Source: Vicugna vicugna (Eukaryota). From it: a stretch of DNA of 64,000 bases. Position numbers and translations under genes: made by a program. Location of the stretch: contig MU058584.1 of assembly GCA_013265495.1 (NCBI GenBank), positions 1,400,616 through 1,464,615 on the forward strand. The letters are read 5' to 3'. Shown here in pieces: positions 12,222 through 24,430 of the stretch. Position 1 is the stretch's first letter. The number at the start of each line of letters is the position of its first letter. The notes below the pieces were generated by a model. That model made no database searches. It saw nothing but the letters and a program-made list of their open reading frames with translations, and was not told the DNA's origin.

Positions 12222-14360
12222 ATTTTCAAAAATAGTTTTACTGAGTTGTAAGCAATTACAAAAAAAAAGAGTGCATATGTAGAGGGTATAATTTGATAAA
12301 TTTTAGTACGTGTGTGTACACCCTTGAAACTGTCTTCAAAATCAAGATAACGAACACATCTAACAGTTTCAAACATTTTTCTCATTTTCTACCCAACATA
12401 GCTTCTTGAACCCCAACCCATCCTCATGCAATCGGTGATCTGTTTTCTGTTCCTATGGATTAGTTTGCAGTCCTTTAAATTTTATATTAATTGCACCAAA
12501 CAATATTTACTCTTTTTCTTTGGTCTGAATTCTTTCACAATGATTTTTAGAATCATCCATGTTGGTGTGTGTCTCAATAGTTCATTTCTTTTTATTGTTG
12601 ACTAATATGTCATCATACGAATGAACTGCAATTTGCTTGTCTAATCACCCATTAATGGAAATTTGTCTTGTTTTGAGTTTTTGATTGTTACAAATCTGAT
12701 TTCCCTGAATATTGGTATACAGTCTTTTTCATGAATACATGGTTTCATTTCCCTTGAGTATTTGCCTAGAAGTGGAATGACTGGGTCATGAGATAGATGT
12801 AAATTTAACTTTTTAAGAAACTGACAAACAAGTTTTCCAAAACAGTTATTTTAGATTCCCACAAGAGTTTATCAGAGTTCCAGTTTTTCCACATCCTTGC
12901 AAACACATGATATTGTCAGTATTTTAAATTTTAACATTTTTGCTAAGTTTGAGGTTGTATTTTCTGTGGATTTCTTTGCACTTTTTAATCACTAATGATG
13001 TTGATCATCTTTTTATGTGCTTATTTGTCACTGATATATTCTCTTTGGTGAAGGATCCGTTCATATATTTTCCCCATTTTGTTATTGGGTTTTTGTTTTC
13101 TTACTGTGTTTTAAAAGTTTGTTATCTATTCTGATACAAATTCTTTACCAGTTAGATATATGCTTTGAAATGATCCCTCCAGTTGGGGTTGTCTTTTCAT
13201 TCCCTTAATGACTAGAAAAAGTTTTAATTTTTGATGAAATTGAATTTATTGATTTTTCTTTTATGAATCATGCTTTTGGTATCGTATCTAAAAAATCTTT
13301 GCCTCACACATGAGTCACAAAGTTTTAGAAGCTTTGTAATTTTAAGTAGTATCTTTACACATATGATCTATCTAGAAGTAATGTTTCAGTTTGGCATGAA
13401 ATAAAGTCAGAAATTTATTTTTTTATGTGTGCATATCCAGTTGCTACAACCACCATTTGTTGAAAAGATTATTCCTTGTGGACTGAATTGCCTTTGCACA
13501 ACTTTGTCAAAAATCAATTGACCATATATAGATGGGTTTATTTCTCGACTGTGTTGACAATTATATTCATTTGTTTTTATTTACACCAATATCACATTGT
13601 CTTGATTAATGTAACTTTATAATAAGCATTGAAGTCAGATTGTGTTACGTCTTCCAATTTTATTCTTCTTTTCATGGTTATTTAAAATATTCTAGGGTTT
13701 TTGTATTTCCAAATGAATTTAATAATTAACTTTCACAAAAACATGCTAGGATTTTCATTGGAATTGTGTTGAGCTATTCACCACTATTGGGACAATTGAC
13801 ATCTTAATATTATTAAGTCTTCTAATTAATGAACATGATATATATATATATCTCCACTTATTTAGATCTCCTTTAATTTCTCTCAGCAAGGGTTTGTAGA
13901 TTTTAGTAAATACATCTTGTTCGTACTTCAGTAGATTTATACCTATTCATAATTTTTGATGTTGGTACAAATAGTATTTTTATTTCAAATTCTGATTGCT
14001 ATTGCTAGTATATGGAAAGACTTTGGAATTTTACATACTGATCTTTTATCTTGCAATCTTGCTATAGACACATAATAGTTTTTTTTGAATATTCCATTAA
14101 TTTTCTACATAAACGATTTGTCATCAGTGAATAACAACAGTTTCTACTTTGTGCTTTTCCATTGTGATGCATTGTATTTCTTTTTTTTGTCTTATTTCAC
14201 TGACTGAAAATCCTGGTACATTATTGAATAAAAAAGTGAGAGTGGACATTTTTCCTTCACTCCTAATCTTAGGAGAAAGCATTCAACGTTTCATCATTGC
14301 ATGGTATAAACCATGGGTTCTTTGAGATGTCCTTTATCAGGTTGAGGATGTCCTTTTCTA
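12222..14360 (-). mobile_element. Old L1 (L1MC/MD-type), about 2.1 kb, antisense
   Basis: Antisense 3'UTR (AATCAAGATAACGAACACATC) then ORF2 hallmarks CCATTTGTTGAAAAGATT, TTGTCAAAAATCAATTGACC, GAGAGTGGACAT, CCTTTATCAGGTTGAGG. Confidence 0.88.
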
Positions 14361-14364
14361 CTGC

Positions 14365-14592
14365 TGGATTCAGACTGTCTAGGCTCAGCCCCGGCTCCAC
14401 CATGTAAGAACTGTGTAAGCTTGAGTGAGGTTTAAAACGTTTTTGTCTGAAATCTCTTCTGGACAATGAAGACAATAATAGTACACCTGCCTCAAATGGT
14501 TGTTCTGTGGGTTTACTGAGCTAACGTATACATTAAGTTCTTAATGCTCGGCACTGCTAGACACATAGTAAATGTCAAACAAATGTTAGTTA
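14365..14592 (+). mobile_element. MIR SINE
   Basis: TCAGACTGTCTAGGCTCAGCCCCGGCTCCACC...ATAATAGTACACCTGCCTCA...CACATAGTAAATG. Confidence 0.7.
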
Positions 14593-15169
14593 TTGATATC
14601 GGAAGAGATCACTAGGATTCCTTGTCAGCAGACTCAAGCAGTCAAAGAGGCTGGTTCAGATTGCTCTTATCTCTGCAGTTCCCTTGTCCTTTATTACCTG
14701 ATACCTAATGATTTGAAAATTGTTGTTTTGTTTACTTTGTATGTTATGTTATCTGTTTCAAGGGGAAGGCTAAATTTAGTCCCTGCAACTTCAAGTTGTC
14801 TGAAAGCAGAAGTCTCATGGTGCTATCTTAACAAAGAGTCAAGAGCGAAAGTAAATCCTTGTAAGAAGCTGGATTTCCATAGTACTCAGAAACAGAGAAG
14901 GTTGAACAGAGCAGGGTTCTAAACTTCTGAACAATTTCTTTGTAAACCTGCCTGGATTCCACTTTTAATTTGCTTCCAGCCAAAGCCCCAATGAATTATG
15001 GCAGCAGCGTGACCTCTCTTTCAAGATGCATATAGATATCAGAGCTCACGTCTCATAAACTTTATCTTTGTGCTGATCTGACATTAACACCACAAGAACG
15101 ATGAAAAATATTATCCCAAACACCCTCTTCTCTGTAGGCACCATCCCATCATTCATTCACTCATTCGCT

Positions 15170-16250
15170 CTGGAATAAAGTTGTTACAAGGAAAGTGGTA
15201 GAAGTAGCTAGGTCCTGGATATATCTCGGAAATATTTATTTTTGCATGACACACTGAAGCATTAAATGCGGGGTATGAAGGAAAAAGAGCAACCAAGAAT
15301 AATAATTGGGTTTTGTACCTAAATAACTGAGTTGAAGGTGCTACCATTTACTAAGATAAGGAAGACTGGAGGAGGTGCAGACCAACACGGTGTGGATGAT
15401 AAGAAAACAGAAGCTGTGTTTTGACCATGTTATGTTTGAGATACCTGTTAGCCATCTGAGAGGAGATGCCAAATAAGCATGTGGATTTATAAACTCAATA
15501 GAGAGGTCTGGGCTGGAGATAGGGTTTGGGGAACGCTGAGTTATACATACAGATAATTTCCACAGCACTCAGAAAGATCATCGGAGGAGAAAGTGTAGCA
15601 GAAGGTCAAGGACAGAGCCTTCAGATCCTGGGAGTGTTACAACATTTAAGGATGTTGCAGAGAAAGAGATGCCAGTTAAGGGGTTGAGGAGAAAGCAGTG
15701 AGGTCAGGAGAAAACTGGGTGAGTGCTAATAGAAGAAGGTGTTACAAGAAGATGAGTGGGATCAACTGAGTCAAATGCTGGGCAGAATTTGAATGAAATG
15801 AGCACAGAAAACTGACTTTTGGATTCTGAGAAGATGGAAGTTATTGGTGACCTTAAAGAGTCCTGTTTCAGGGCTCAGAGATGGAGACCAAAGCCCAGTG
15901 GGGGTGGTTGAGAAGGGGACAGAATGTGAGGAAGCAGATCCAGTGAGTCTATACAACTTTATTGAGGTATTTTATTATGAATAGGAGCAAAGAAATGAGA
16001 TGAAAGCTGTTGGGGAAATCAAGGTCAAAGGGAATTTGTTTTTCTTTCTTCAGATAGATGATATTAAAACATAATGTTAAGATTTGTATCCTGATGGTCA
16101 TAATCCAATAGAGGAGAAGAAATTGATGGTGGGAGGCCAAAGAGGGATATTAGCAGGACTGGGGAAATAATTGAGTAAGTGAGAAAGAATGGACTTCAAG
16201 GAAGAAAAGGAACAAGTGAATTGACTTGGGTCCTAGAAGAATTGTCTGAC
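15170..16250 (-). mobile_element. L2 LINE body, about 1.1 kb
   Basis: TTTTGACCATGTTATGTTTGAGATACCTGTTAGCCATC...GAGAGGTCTGGGCTGGAGATA...GTCAAATGCTG...TTATTGGTGACCTT. Confidence 0.85.
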
Positions 16251-16290
16251 AGCGCTGTGTACCTAAAATGCTGATCTTAGATTAAAAGGG

Positions 16291-16318
<28 letters not shown>
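16291..16318. repeat. (GT)n microsatellite
   Basis: Uninterrupted GT run of about 14 units. Confidence 0.95.
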
Positions 16319-16322
<4 letters not shown>

Positions 16323-18112
16323 CTCTGGCAACATTCAACTGCTTAGATGTAGGTGTAATATAAGTGGAGAGCTGGACGTGGCAGGATTGAGACTGTGCCA
16401 GGTGTGTGTCATACAGGCAGCAAAAAGGCAAAGGTTTTAAGGTCGACAGAAAGGGAGTAGTTATGGTGTCACACTATGAAATCTATGCAGGGTACGTTGG
16501 GCAATAAGGACTTGGGGGGAGTAAGTAACTTTGATTTAAGATGGCCAAGGAAAGTCTGCTCTAACCCCACTACTCTTGGAGAATGCATGGAGACAATTCT
16601 GCCTGATGTTGGTATCCTGGGAACAGGCGACTTGCTTCCATTCCATCTCCACGCCATCAGCCCATGTTCCTTGACCCTGCTCTGCGTCAGGGGCTGTCCT
16701 GAGACCAAAGGAAGGCGAATTTCCACATTAAAGTGGCACTTTTCTTGTCATTAAGGTTCAAAGGTTTACTCCTGAGAAGACCTGATCTTCTGGCCTGCTG
16801 CACGTGTGCCCCTTTTGAGCTGTGCCCATGCTTTGCTCCTGGGGAAGGAAGACATCACTCAGGGGCTGACGCATCTTTCCAGCTCAGGTCAGTGGCCTCA
16901 GAACCCATGTGACCATCATGTCAGCGGACTCCCATAGGGAGAAGGTGAGGAGTGAAGACTAGGGTGAAAAAAATACAAGCCCAGATAGAAGACAGGGACG
17001 TCAGTCCTGAGTGTGCCTCTGGCTGGTGATGTCACATCTGGCCCTTAGCCCCTTCACCTGTAAATAACAGGAAATACGAGATCTCATTTAGGCCCAGTGT
17101 TCTGCAAGTAGGTGGTACCAGGTATCCTGCAGCTCCCCTGTCTCCTTACAACTATTTCCCACAAGAGCCTCCATTGCTGGCTAAGATGTCTAATATTTAG
17201 CTTATGTTGTCAAAAGCTTTCCCAAAGAGTGAAGAACTTAATCTGATGTCATCTGAGAAGTTAATTATTATCCCATCATAGAAATGTATTTACTTGGTGA
17301 AAATCTCTGGCATTCATTTCTACCTGGAAGAACGCAGGATATGGTCAGAGGTTCCTTGGCTACATAGGTCCCATGTTAATGGAGAGAAAGATTTTGCCAC
17401 CACTGGACATTGTTGAGAAGGGGTGTGTGTGTGTCTGTGTGTGTGTAGGGTGCATGTAGCATGAGCTGAGCAGCAGAGGAACACATAAAAACGGGGGAAG
17501 AAGACTGACTACTCAGAGACTCAGCATTAAAAATATGAAGGGGATGCTGGAGATTTTATCAGTCACTGTCAGCGTGAGAAAGCTAAGACCCAGAGGAGGC
17601 AGCTTGGCTCCAAGCTCCCTCTTCCTTGGAGCAGCAGAGCCAGGCCTGGGGAGCACTGATCAGAACCCGAGTCCACTGCACTCTGTTGTTACTCTTTTAC
17701 AAGCAGTTATATATCTCTCGTCTCTAGTTTTCCTAATTGCATAATTATCTCTCCAACCCACAGTTCTGCCTCAGGCAGGCTCGTTATGTGTTAATATGAG
17801 TGGACCAAGGAGTGAAAGATTTATTTTGGTCCGACAAGTGCAGCAGGTGACAGTTTCTGGACGTGGGGTTAAAAATGAGACAACCTCTGTGACCCGTGGG
17901 AAGAGAGTCTCTCAGGCTCCCCTGAGCTGCTGTATCGCTCAGGACCAAGTCATGTGTCCTGATGGGCCTTTTTCACCCGAGCCCATGACGTGGGCTCCTG
18001 CTAAAGACTGAGGTCCAGAGCCTCAGGAGAAACTGCCCTACTGCCTTGAAGTCTCAGGTAATGGTCAGGGCTGCAGGAACCCTAGGAAAAATCTTTTGTT
18101 CCCGCAGGTGGC

Positions 18113-18218
18113 CCTTCCCCTCCCTTTCTTCCTCTCCTCCCTCCCTTTCTCTCTTTCCTCCCTCCTTCCTCTCCCTTTTTTCCTTCTTTCCTTCCTGCCT
18201 TCCTTCCTTCCTTCCTTT
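18113..18218. repeat. Polypyrimidine (CCTT/CCCT)n low-complexity tract
   Basis: About 100 nt almost exclusively C/T. Confidence 0.9.
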
Positions 18219-18670
18219 GGCCAGGAGGTGGCTCTGTAATACATGCTGGGATCAGATACCAAGGAACACTCAGCGGTAAAACTCTTGAAAAATCTATGAT
18301 CAATACTAGTTAGGAAAGGAAAACAGATGTTCTTCTTTTACTTACGTAGATGAGATGCTTGAATGTTCACTAACACACATACGCAAACGCAGAATCAGTG
18401 GATTTCCAAAACTCGGTAGCTCCAAAGGACTCTCTAGAAGACAGAAGTCCCAATTTACCATCAGTGTGGATATTTGAAGCAGGGGGAAGTGCTGCTGAGT
18501 TTTTAAACAAAAGAGAGGGTCCGATTTCCAGTACGACATGCACAACTCTAAACGGGCTAAACATACAGCAGAGAAAATCTGTGTTGGGAGGGTGGGGCGG
18601 GGTGCTCCAGGGGGCCTTGCTAACTGGAGTTCAGGGACAGCAAGGAGGAGGGAGCCTTGGTGGGAAGAAC

Positions 18671-19046
18671 TGAAAGGTAAACTGAGGCATACGAAACGTT
18701 TTAAGAGTTTGAACAAAAATCAATTAAAATTGGGCAGGTTCCAATCCAGCAGACAGAAAAGAGCTCCAAGGAGCTGTACAAAATGAAAGACCTTTATGAG
18801 CAGAAGGGAGGAGGAGCAAGGAAGTTACATTAGGCGAAAAAGCAGGTTGGTTATCACAAGGTTACCTCCCTTTGGGGGATGATGTGGGTCTATCAGGCAG
18901 TTTACCTAACTACATGCTGATCAGACGGTGCCTGGGTGGCTGGGCTAGGATTCTATTTCTGGGAGACCCAAACCATAATTAAGTCTTAGTTTGGTAATGA
19001 GGAGCTTGGCATAAGTGACTCCATTTTGATTGGCTTGTCCTTAACA
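18671..19046 (-). mobile_element. Solo LTR, ERV1-class, 376 bp
   Basis: On minus strand begins TGTTAAGG...AAAATGGAGTCACTTATGCC and ends ...TTTACCTTTCA (TG...CA); flanked by GAAC/GAAG (4-bp TSD, 1 mismatch). Confidence 0.8.
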
Positions 19047-19751
19047 GAAGTCTCAGTAGAAACAAAGGCAGGAGGGCCAGCGTCCACAGGGGAGGGGAAA
19101 AGGTAATCGCTTTGGACAGATGGAACCTGTGCTTGCTGACATAGCTGCTGCTTCATGGAGGGCAGCTTCAGGCAAGAATCCACACTCTCTCTGCCTCCCC
19201 CCAGCCCACCCCTCTGCTCACACACACTTGGAAATTCTAAGTAATGTTCATAGTCTTAAATCCATGGGATGTTAGAATGCGAAAGGTCATAGGATCATTC
19301 GATCTGACTCCTCTCATTGTCTAGGTGGGGGTACTGAGCCAGCAGAGAATTTGCACCTTTCCCCGACCTTAGTGTGAATATGAGATGGAATTTTAGGACC
19401 ACGAGCACTCTGAATTGGCTAACAACAACCTCCTGCCCACAGTAATCTTCTGAGCCCAAGAAATCCTAACTCAGCCGCAGCGTACATGGGAGGAGCGGCA
19501 GCATGGGTTAGATCTTTATCTCCCAGCTGCTGCTCAGGACATTCAGAAGAGGCTCCAACATCATGAGAGAGGAGCCAGGGCTCGTGACCAGGCAGCTGGT
19601 TACTGGGCAGTGTGTGTTGATTGAGTTCAACCTGCCCACATCTTTTGCATCCTAAAGGGGCAGGTTTGGCCCACGTCTGCAGGAAGCACACTCCAACCAT
19701 CGCAGCCTCATGGTCTTTCACTGACTTTCTTTAGTCCAAATACCAATAACA

Positions 19752-19935
19752 ACAGCTTTTCAATACCAGGCTCTGCACCCACTGTAACAGAATCCCCTGG
19801 GAGGAAGCTTTTTCAAAAACCAGCTCATGGGCCCACTCCTGGAGATTCTGACTCAGTAAGACCAAGTTGGAGCGGAGCGCAAGGCTATGTATTTTTCTAA
19901 AACGTCCACAGGTTAATACTGATGTGAGCCAAATT
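19752..19935. mobile_element. MER5A-like hAT-Charlie MITE
   Basis: AGAATCCCCTGGGAG...GGGCCCACTCCTGGAGATTCTGACTCAGTAAG...TGTATTTTTCTAA. Confidence 0.7.
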
Positions 19936-20029
19936 CCAGACACAAATATTTCTATACCTAATGAGCATAAAAGTTAACTTTTTTGTCTCTTTACTTAGTG
20001 CCAAGTCCTCTATGTCTATTATTTCAAGT

Positions 20030-20285
20030 AACCCTCTCCCAACCCCAATAACCCCAAGAGGAAGGTGCCATTGTCTTTTGACCAAGGACTCTCCCAAGGT
20101 CACAGAGTTATGGAGTGGCAGGACGAGGTTGGAATCCCCTCACCGTACGTTCACTATCTGACCTTGAGCAAATGAGCAAATCTTGTTGAGCGTCTGTGTT
20201 TCCCCTGGAAAATGAAGGTGGAAATAATGTCTGTTCCAGGGGGTTTTAGCAAGGAAGGCATAAGTGCTTAGCGTGTTGTGTAACA
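20030..20285. mobile_element. Two MIR fragments, opposite orientations
   Basis: CCCAAGGTCACAGAGTTATGGAGTGGCAG (antisense) then TGACCTTGAGCAAAT...TGTTTCCCCTGGAAAATG (sense). Confidence 0.6.
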
Positions 20286-20704
20286 GGCAGAAAGCAGCCC
20301 TCGTGTGGCGGTACTGTTTTGGATCACTTAGGAACCTAACTACCTCACCGAGCATGCTTTAGAAAGGAGGTTTATGGTGCAGTTAAACTATTGCAATGTG
20401 TATGTTGTCTGGACTCCAAAGACGTTCTTTACAGTGAAGGTTTTACTGTTTACACTAACAAAGCACTTTTACTTACCATTTGCTCTCTGCTCTTCAAGAC
20501 TATTATGAGGTATTTCTCTCTTCTGTATTCAGAAAAAAAATAAAGATAGAAATTGGAATACTTCAAAAACTGCCCTAAATTTGTTTTTTTTTTAATAGTC
20601 CACTGTGGTTTATCAGAAATTCTAACCGTATAAGCCCATGGATATATATACGTATGTACGTGTGTGTGTGTGTGTATATATTTGTTGTATCAAAATCTAA
20701 GATG

Positions 20705-20915
20705 TTATAGAAAACAAGTTTATGGTTACCAAAGCAGGGAGGGGGGGAAAGGATAAATTAGGAGTTTGGGATTAGCAGATAAAATGCTATCTATAAAATA
20801 GATAAACATAAAAGACCTACAGTCTAGCACAGGGAACTGTATTCATATTTTGTAATAACCTATAACACCTGAACTAACACAACAATGTAAATCAACTACA
20901 CTTCAATAGAAAAAT
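20705..20915 (+). mobile_element. Short L1 3'UTR fragment
   Basis: ATAGAAAACAAGTTTATGGTTACC...GGATAAATTAGGAGTTTGGGATTAGCAGAT...AATCAACTACACTTCAATA; similar to 3720-3970. Confidence 0.85.
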
Positions 20916-22778
20916 GCACCTTCCCTCCCAAAAAATCCAAGATGTTATTTATCTTTGTTTAAAGCAAAACAAATTTATCCCCTACCCTGCGTCTCTGCCC
21001 CCTTACTCCGTCCAACCTCCTCTAGAAAATATTAGGAACTGGTCAGGATGTATTAAGAAGGCCTCCCTGGGAAAGGAGATCCTGTTTGACTGTTTGAGTA
21101 AATTTGGAATTTTCATTTTATTCTAAGGTCAATTTGCCCACCCTAGGAATGACACATCTTTGATGAAATGTCCTGGTGTAAGATAGATAGTTGGTTCGGT
21201 TAGACAGGAGTGAGACATTAAAGATGGAAGATACAGCACAGAACAGATCATTTCGTGCGCCCGGCCCTGACCATGGACCCCCCAGGATGATCTGTCTCCC
21301 CCGGGCCACTTCTCTCCTTTCCTTGGGGAAGCCCCGTGTCGCAGTCGATTTCTCGTCATCTGTCATTCTGATGCTCAGTGGAGGAGGTGAGGGTTCTTTC
21401 TGGATTTCACCCCAGTTCCCTCAACCCTTTGTTCCGTTGTCTCTTTTCCCAGACTCGTTTAAGGACCTCGCATTTCACATTCTGCAGTCTTTCATTAATC
21501 TTCCGGAAATGTTGATATAGTCTGCCTTTAATTCCTCCTACACTTTATGGGAGGATCTTTCAGAAACGTGGCCCATTTAGCTCTTAGTGGTAAAACACCC
21601 TCTTTAGCAAAATGTATTTCAGTCTGTTGCATTTGACAGTAAGAAGTGTTTTCTTAATGGTCAAGTCTATAAGCTGGATCAGTGTAGGTGACACTGTATC
21701 GCTGAAGCTTCCGGCTCAGACCTTTGCTTCTTAGCGTGCGTGGTTTCAGGGGCTCCATGGAGACAAAATGGACACATCTCTTTCTTGGTGGATGGGGGAC
21801 CCGGGCAGGGAAGGAAGAAAAGAGTGCGGGAAGCCCCACAGCACTCTCTGTCCAGAGCACAAGGAACCTCTGCCTTCCTGCACCCCAAGTTCTTCCGGCT
21901 GTAAGAATCTATCAAACCGATAGCTCAGTATTAAAAGAATCAGAACCGTGGCTCCATTCTAATAAAGCTTAATTTATATGCATGTTTGGTTTCATTTTCT
22001 CAGCTCCTTTCCTCCTCGGTCTCTCTGTCTGCACTTCAGCCCCACCCCCCGCACCGCTTCTCTTTGTCTTCGTGGTCGTTGGGTTGATTTCCACCAGCTG
22101 TGGATTAACCCACTCCCCTGGACTCCTAATTACCCACTTCTCCCGTCTTCCAGACCAGGCCTCTCAGGGTTCTCATTCGAGGGCAAGAGCTGGATGCCCT
22201 GTCCTGGGGAGGAGGTCGCAGCTGTGTCGCCAGTGTCTGCAGACAGACCCATGGACGTTTTCATCCTTGTGGTTTCATCGCACAAAAGGTTCTCACTCAA
22301 ATGTAAGTTTGTATTTCCCCTCTGAAACCATATTTTTTTTAATCTTTTCTTTTTTTATTCCAGGATTTAGGCTATTCTAAAATTGCATTTCACTTCTGCG
22401 CCTGGTCGCCCAGTCTGTGTAATAAGGTTCTTTTGGATGAGCTGTATTTTCTGCACATTGCCTCTCAGCCTATTCCTTACACAGAATTACTATGTCTTGA
22501 TATGCAATCCACGGGGCTTTTCTTCTGAGACTTCTAAAATATTTTCAACATGGGATTTCCATGATATTAAAATTTTTTTATGGTGAAATACATCATCCAT
22601 AGAGTCTGTATAACATATACTTAGAATTTAGAGAAAAATATTGAAATAAACCCGTATGTACCCATCAGACTGCACACAGAATAGGATAACACCAGTACCT
22701 CTTACCATTCTGTGTGCCCTTCACAGATTACGTTGCCTCTCTCCCTGCTTGGGCTAACCATGGTCTGGATTTGCTCTT

Positions 22779-23133
22779 TTTAAAATTATTATTTTTTTAT
22801 TTTAATTGAAGTATATACTTAGTTACAGTGTGTCAGTTTCTGGTGTGCAGCATAATGTTTCAATCATACATATACATACATACATTCCTTTTCATAGTCT
22901 TTTCCATTTTCATTATAGGTTACTATAAGATATCGAATATAGTTTCCTGTGCTGTACAGAAGAAGTTTGTTTTTTTAAATCTATTTTTATATATTAGTAG
23001 TTAATTATAAATCTTGAACTCCAAATTTATCCCTTCCCACCCCTTTCCCCCCAGGAACCATAGAAAAAAGAAGATACTAATGGAACTCATCCACAAAACA
23101 GACACAGACTCACAGACAATAAACAATCTTACG
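22779..23133 (-). mobile_element. 5'-inverted (twin-primed) short L1 nested in older L1
   Basis: Poly-T plus antisense 3'UTR to about 23060, then sense-oriented upstream piece; TSD GGATTTGCTCTT (22767-22778) / GGGTTTGGTCTT (23134-23145). Confidence 0.8.
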
Positions 23134-24340
23134 GGGTTTGGTCTTAATCATTCTCGTTGCTTTCACACACGTGTGTCTTCCTGCATGATCTATTATTTAC
23201 TTCCTTCTGTTTTTGATTCTTATATAAATGAAGTCAGGCTGCAAACATCTTGTGATTTTGAATGCTTTGCTCAATACTGTATTTTTGAGATTCACCTGAA
23301 TGTTTACATAGGGCTGTATTCACTCATTTTACCGTATGGTATTCCCCGTTTTTCACGTAATACAATTTGTTTATCCTTTTTAACACTAAGGCATTTGTGT
23401 TGTTTTCAGCTTTTTGTGGTCACAAGCATTGCTTTGCTGAACAATCTTGTACATCTTCTGGGGCAGAGTTGATGGGTCTATGCACCTTCAGGTTTCCGAG
23501 GTGTTTATTACCAACTTATCTTTCAAAGTAGTTGGATCCCTTTATCCTCCAATCAGCAGGGTCTAAAACTTCTCATTACACATTCGTGTCAACTTCAGGT
23601 TTTTCCCAACATTTCAATTTTTGCTAATTTGTTGATTGTGTAGTTGTATCTCACTGGGATCTTAGTTCACAGTTCAGATTACTAATAAAATTATTCTCTC
23701 TTCATATGTTTATCGACCACTGGTGTTTTCTCTTTTGGAAAATGCGTGTTCATGACTTTTGCCAATTTTCCTATTGGGATTTTTTTTTTTCTATTTCTTT
23801 TTGAAATGTAGGGTTTCTTTCTTTTCCCTGAACACAAGTCCTTTGTTATTATATGTGTTGCCAATATTTCTTCCTAGATGGTGGCTTGCCTCTTCCACTT
23901 TCTTTATGGTATGTTTTGTTAAGAGTTTAAGTTCTAACTTTAATATAGTTTAATCTATCAATTTCCTTCTTTACGATTTTTCCTTTTGAGCCTAGTTTAA
24001 GAAAACTTTTCCTTCCTTGAAGTCACAGAAGTCTTTTCTTACATTTTATTCTCAAAGTTACACATTTTGCCTTTTACATTTAGGTCAGTAAGTCTAGCTC
24101 TAGCAACTAATACTTTCAAAGAGTGGGAAATAGGTATTAAATTTCCATTTTTTTTCATATGACCAAGTGTCTCCACATTACTTATTCTATAGAATTTACT
24201 TTATTCACTGATTTGCCAAGTCAGTTCTGTCATATATTAAGTTTCTAAGAATGTGGGAATCTCCATTTGATTGCATTTGTCTATTTATCGTAGCTTATCC
24301 CAGAACTACACTGTCTTTATCTGACTTTAGTATAATTCTT

Positions 24341-24430
24341 TTTGTTTGTTTGTTTTGGTGTTTTTTTTAATTGAAGGATAGTTGATTGACAAAGTCGTGT
24401 TAGTTTCAGGTATACAGCAAAATGATTCAG
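24341..24430 (-). mobile_element. 90-bp severely truncated L1 3' end
   Basis: T-rich tail plus TTAATTGAAGGATAGTTGATT...GATTCAG; perfect 12-bp TSD AGTATAATTCTT (24329-24340 / 24431-24442). Confidence 0.9.
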
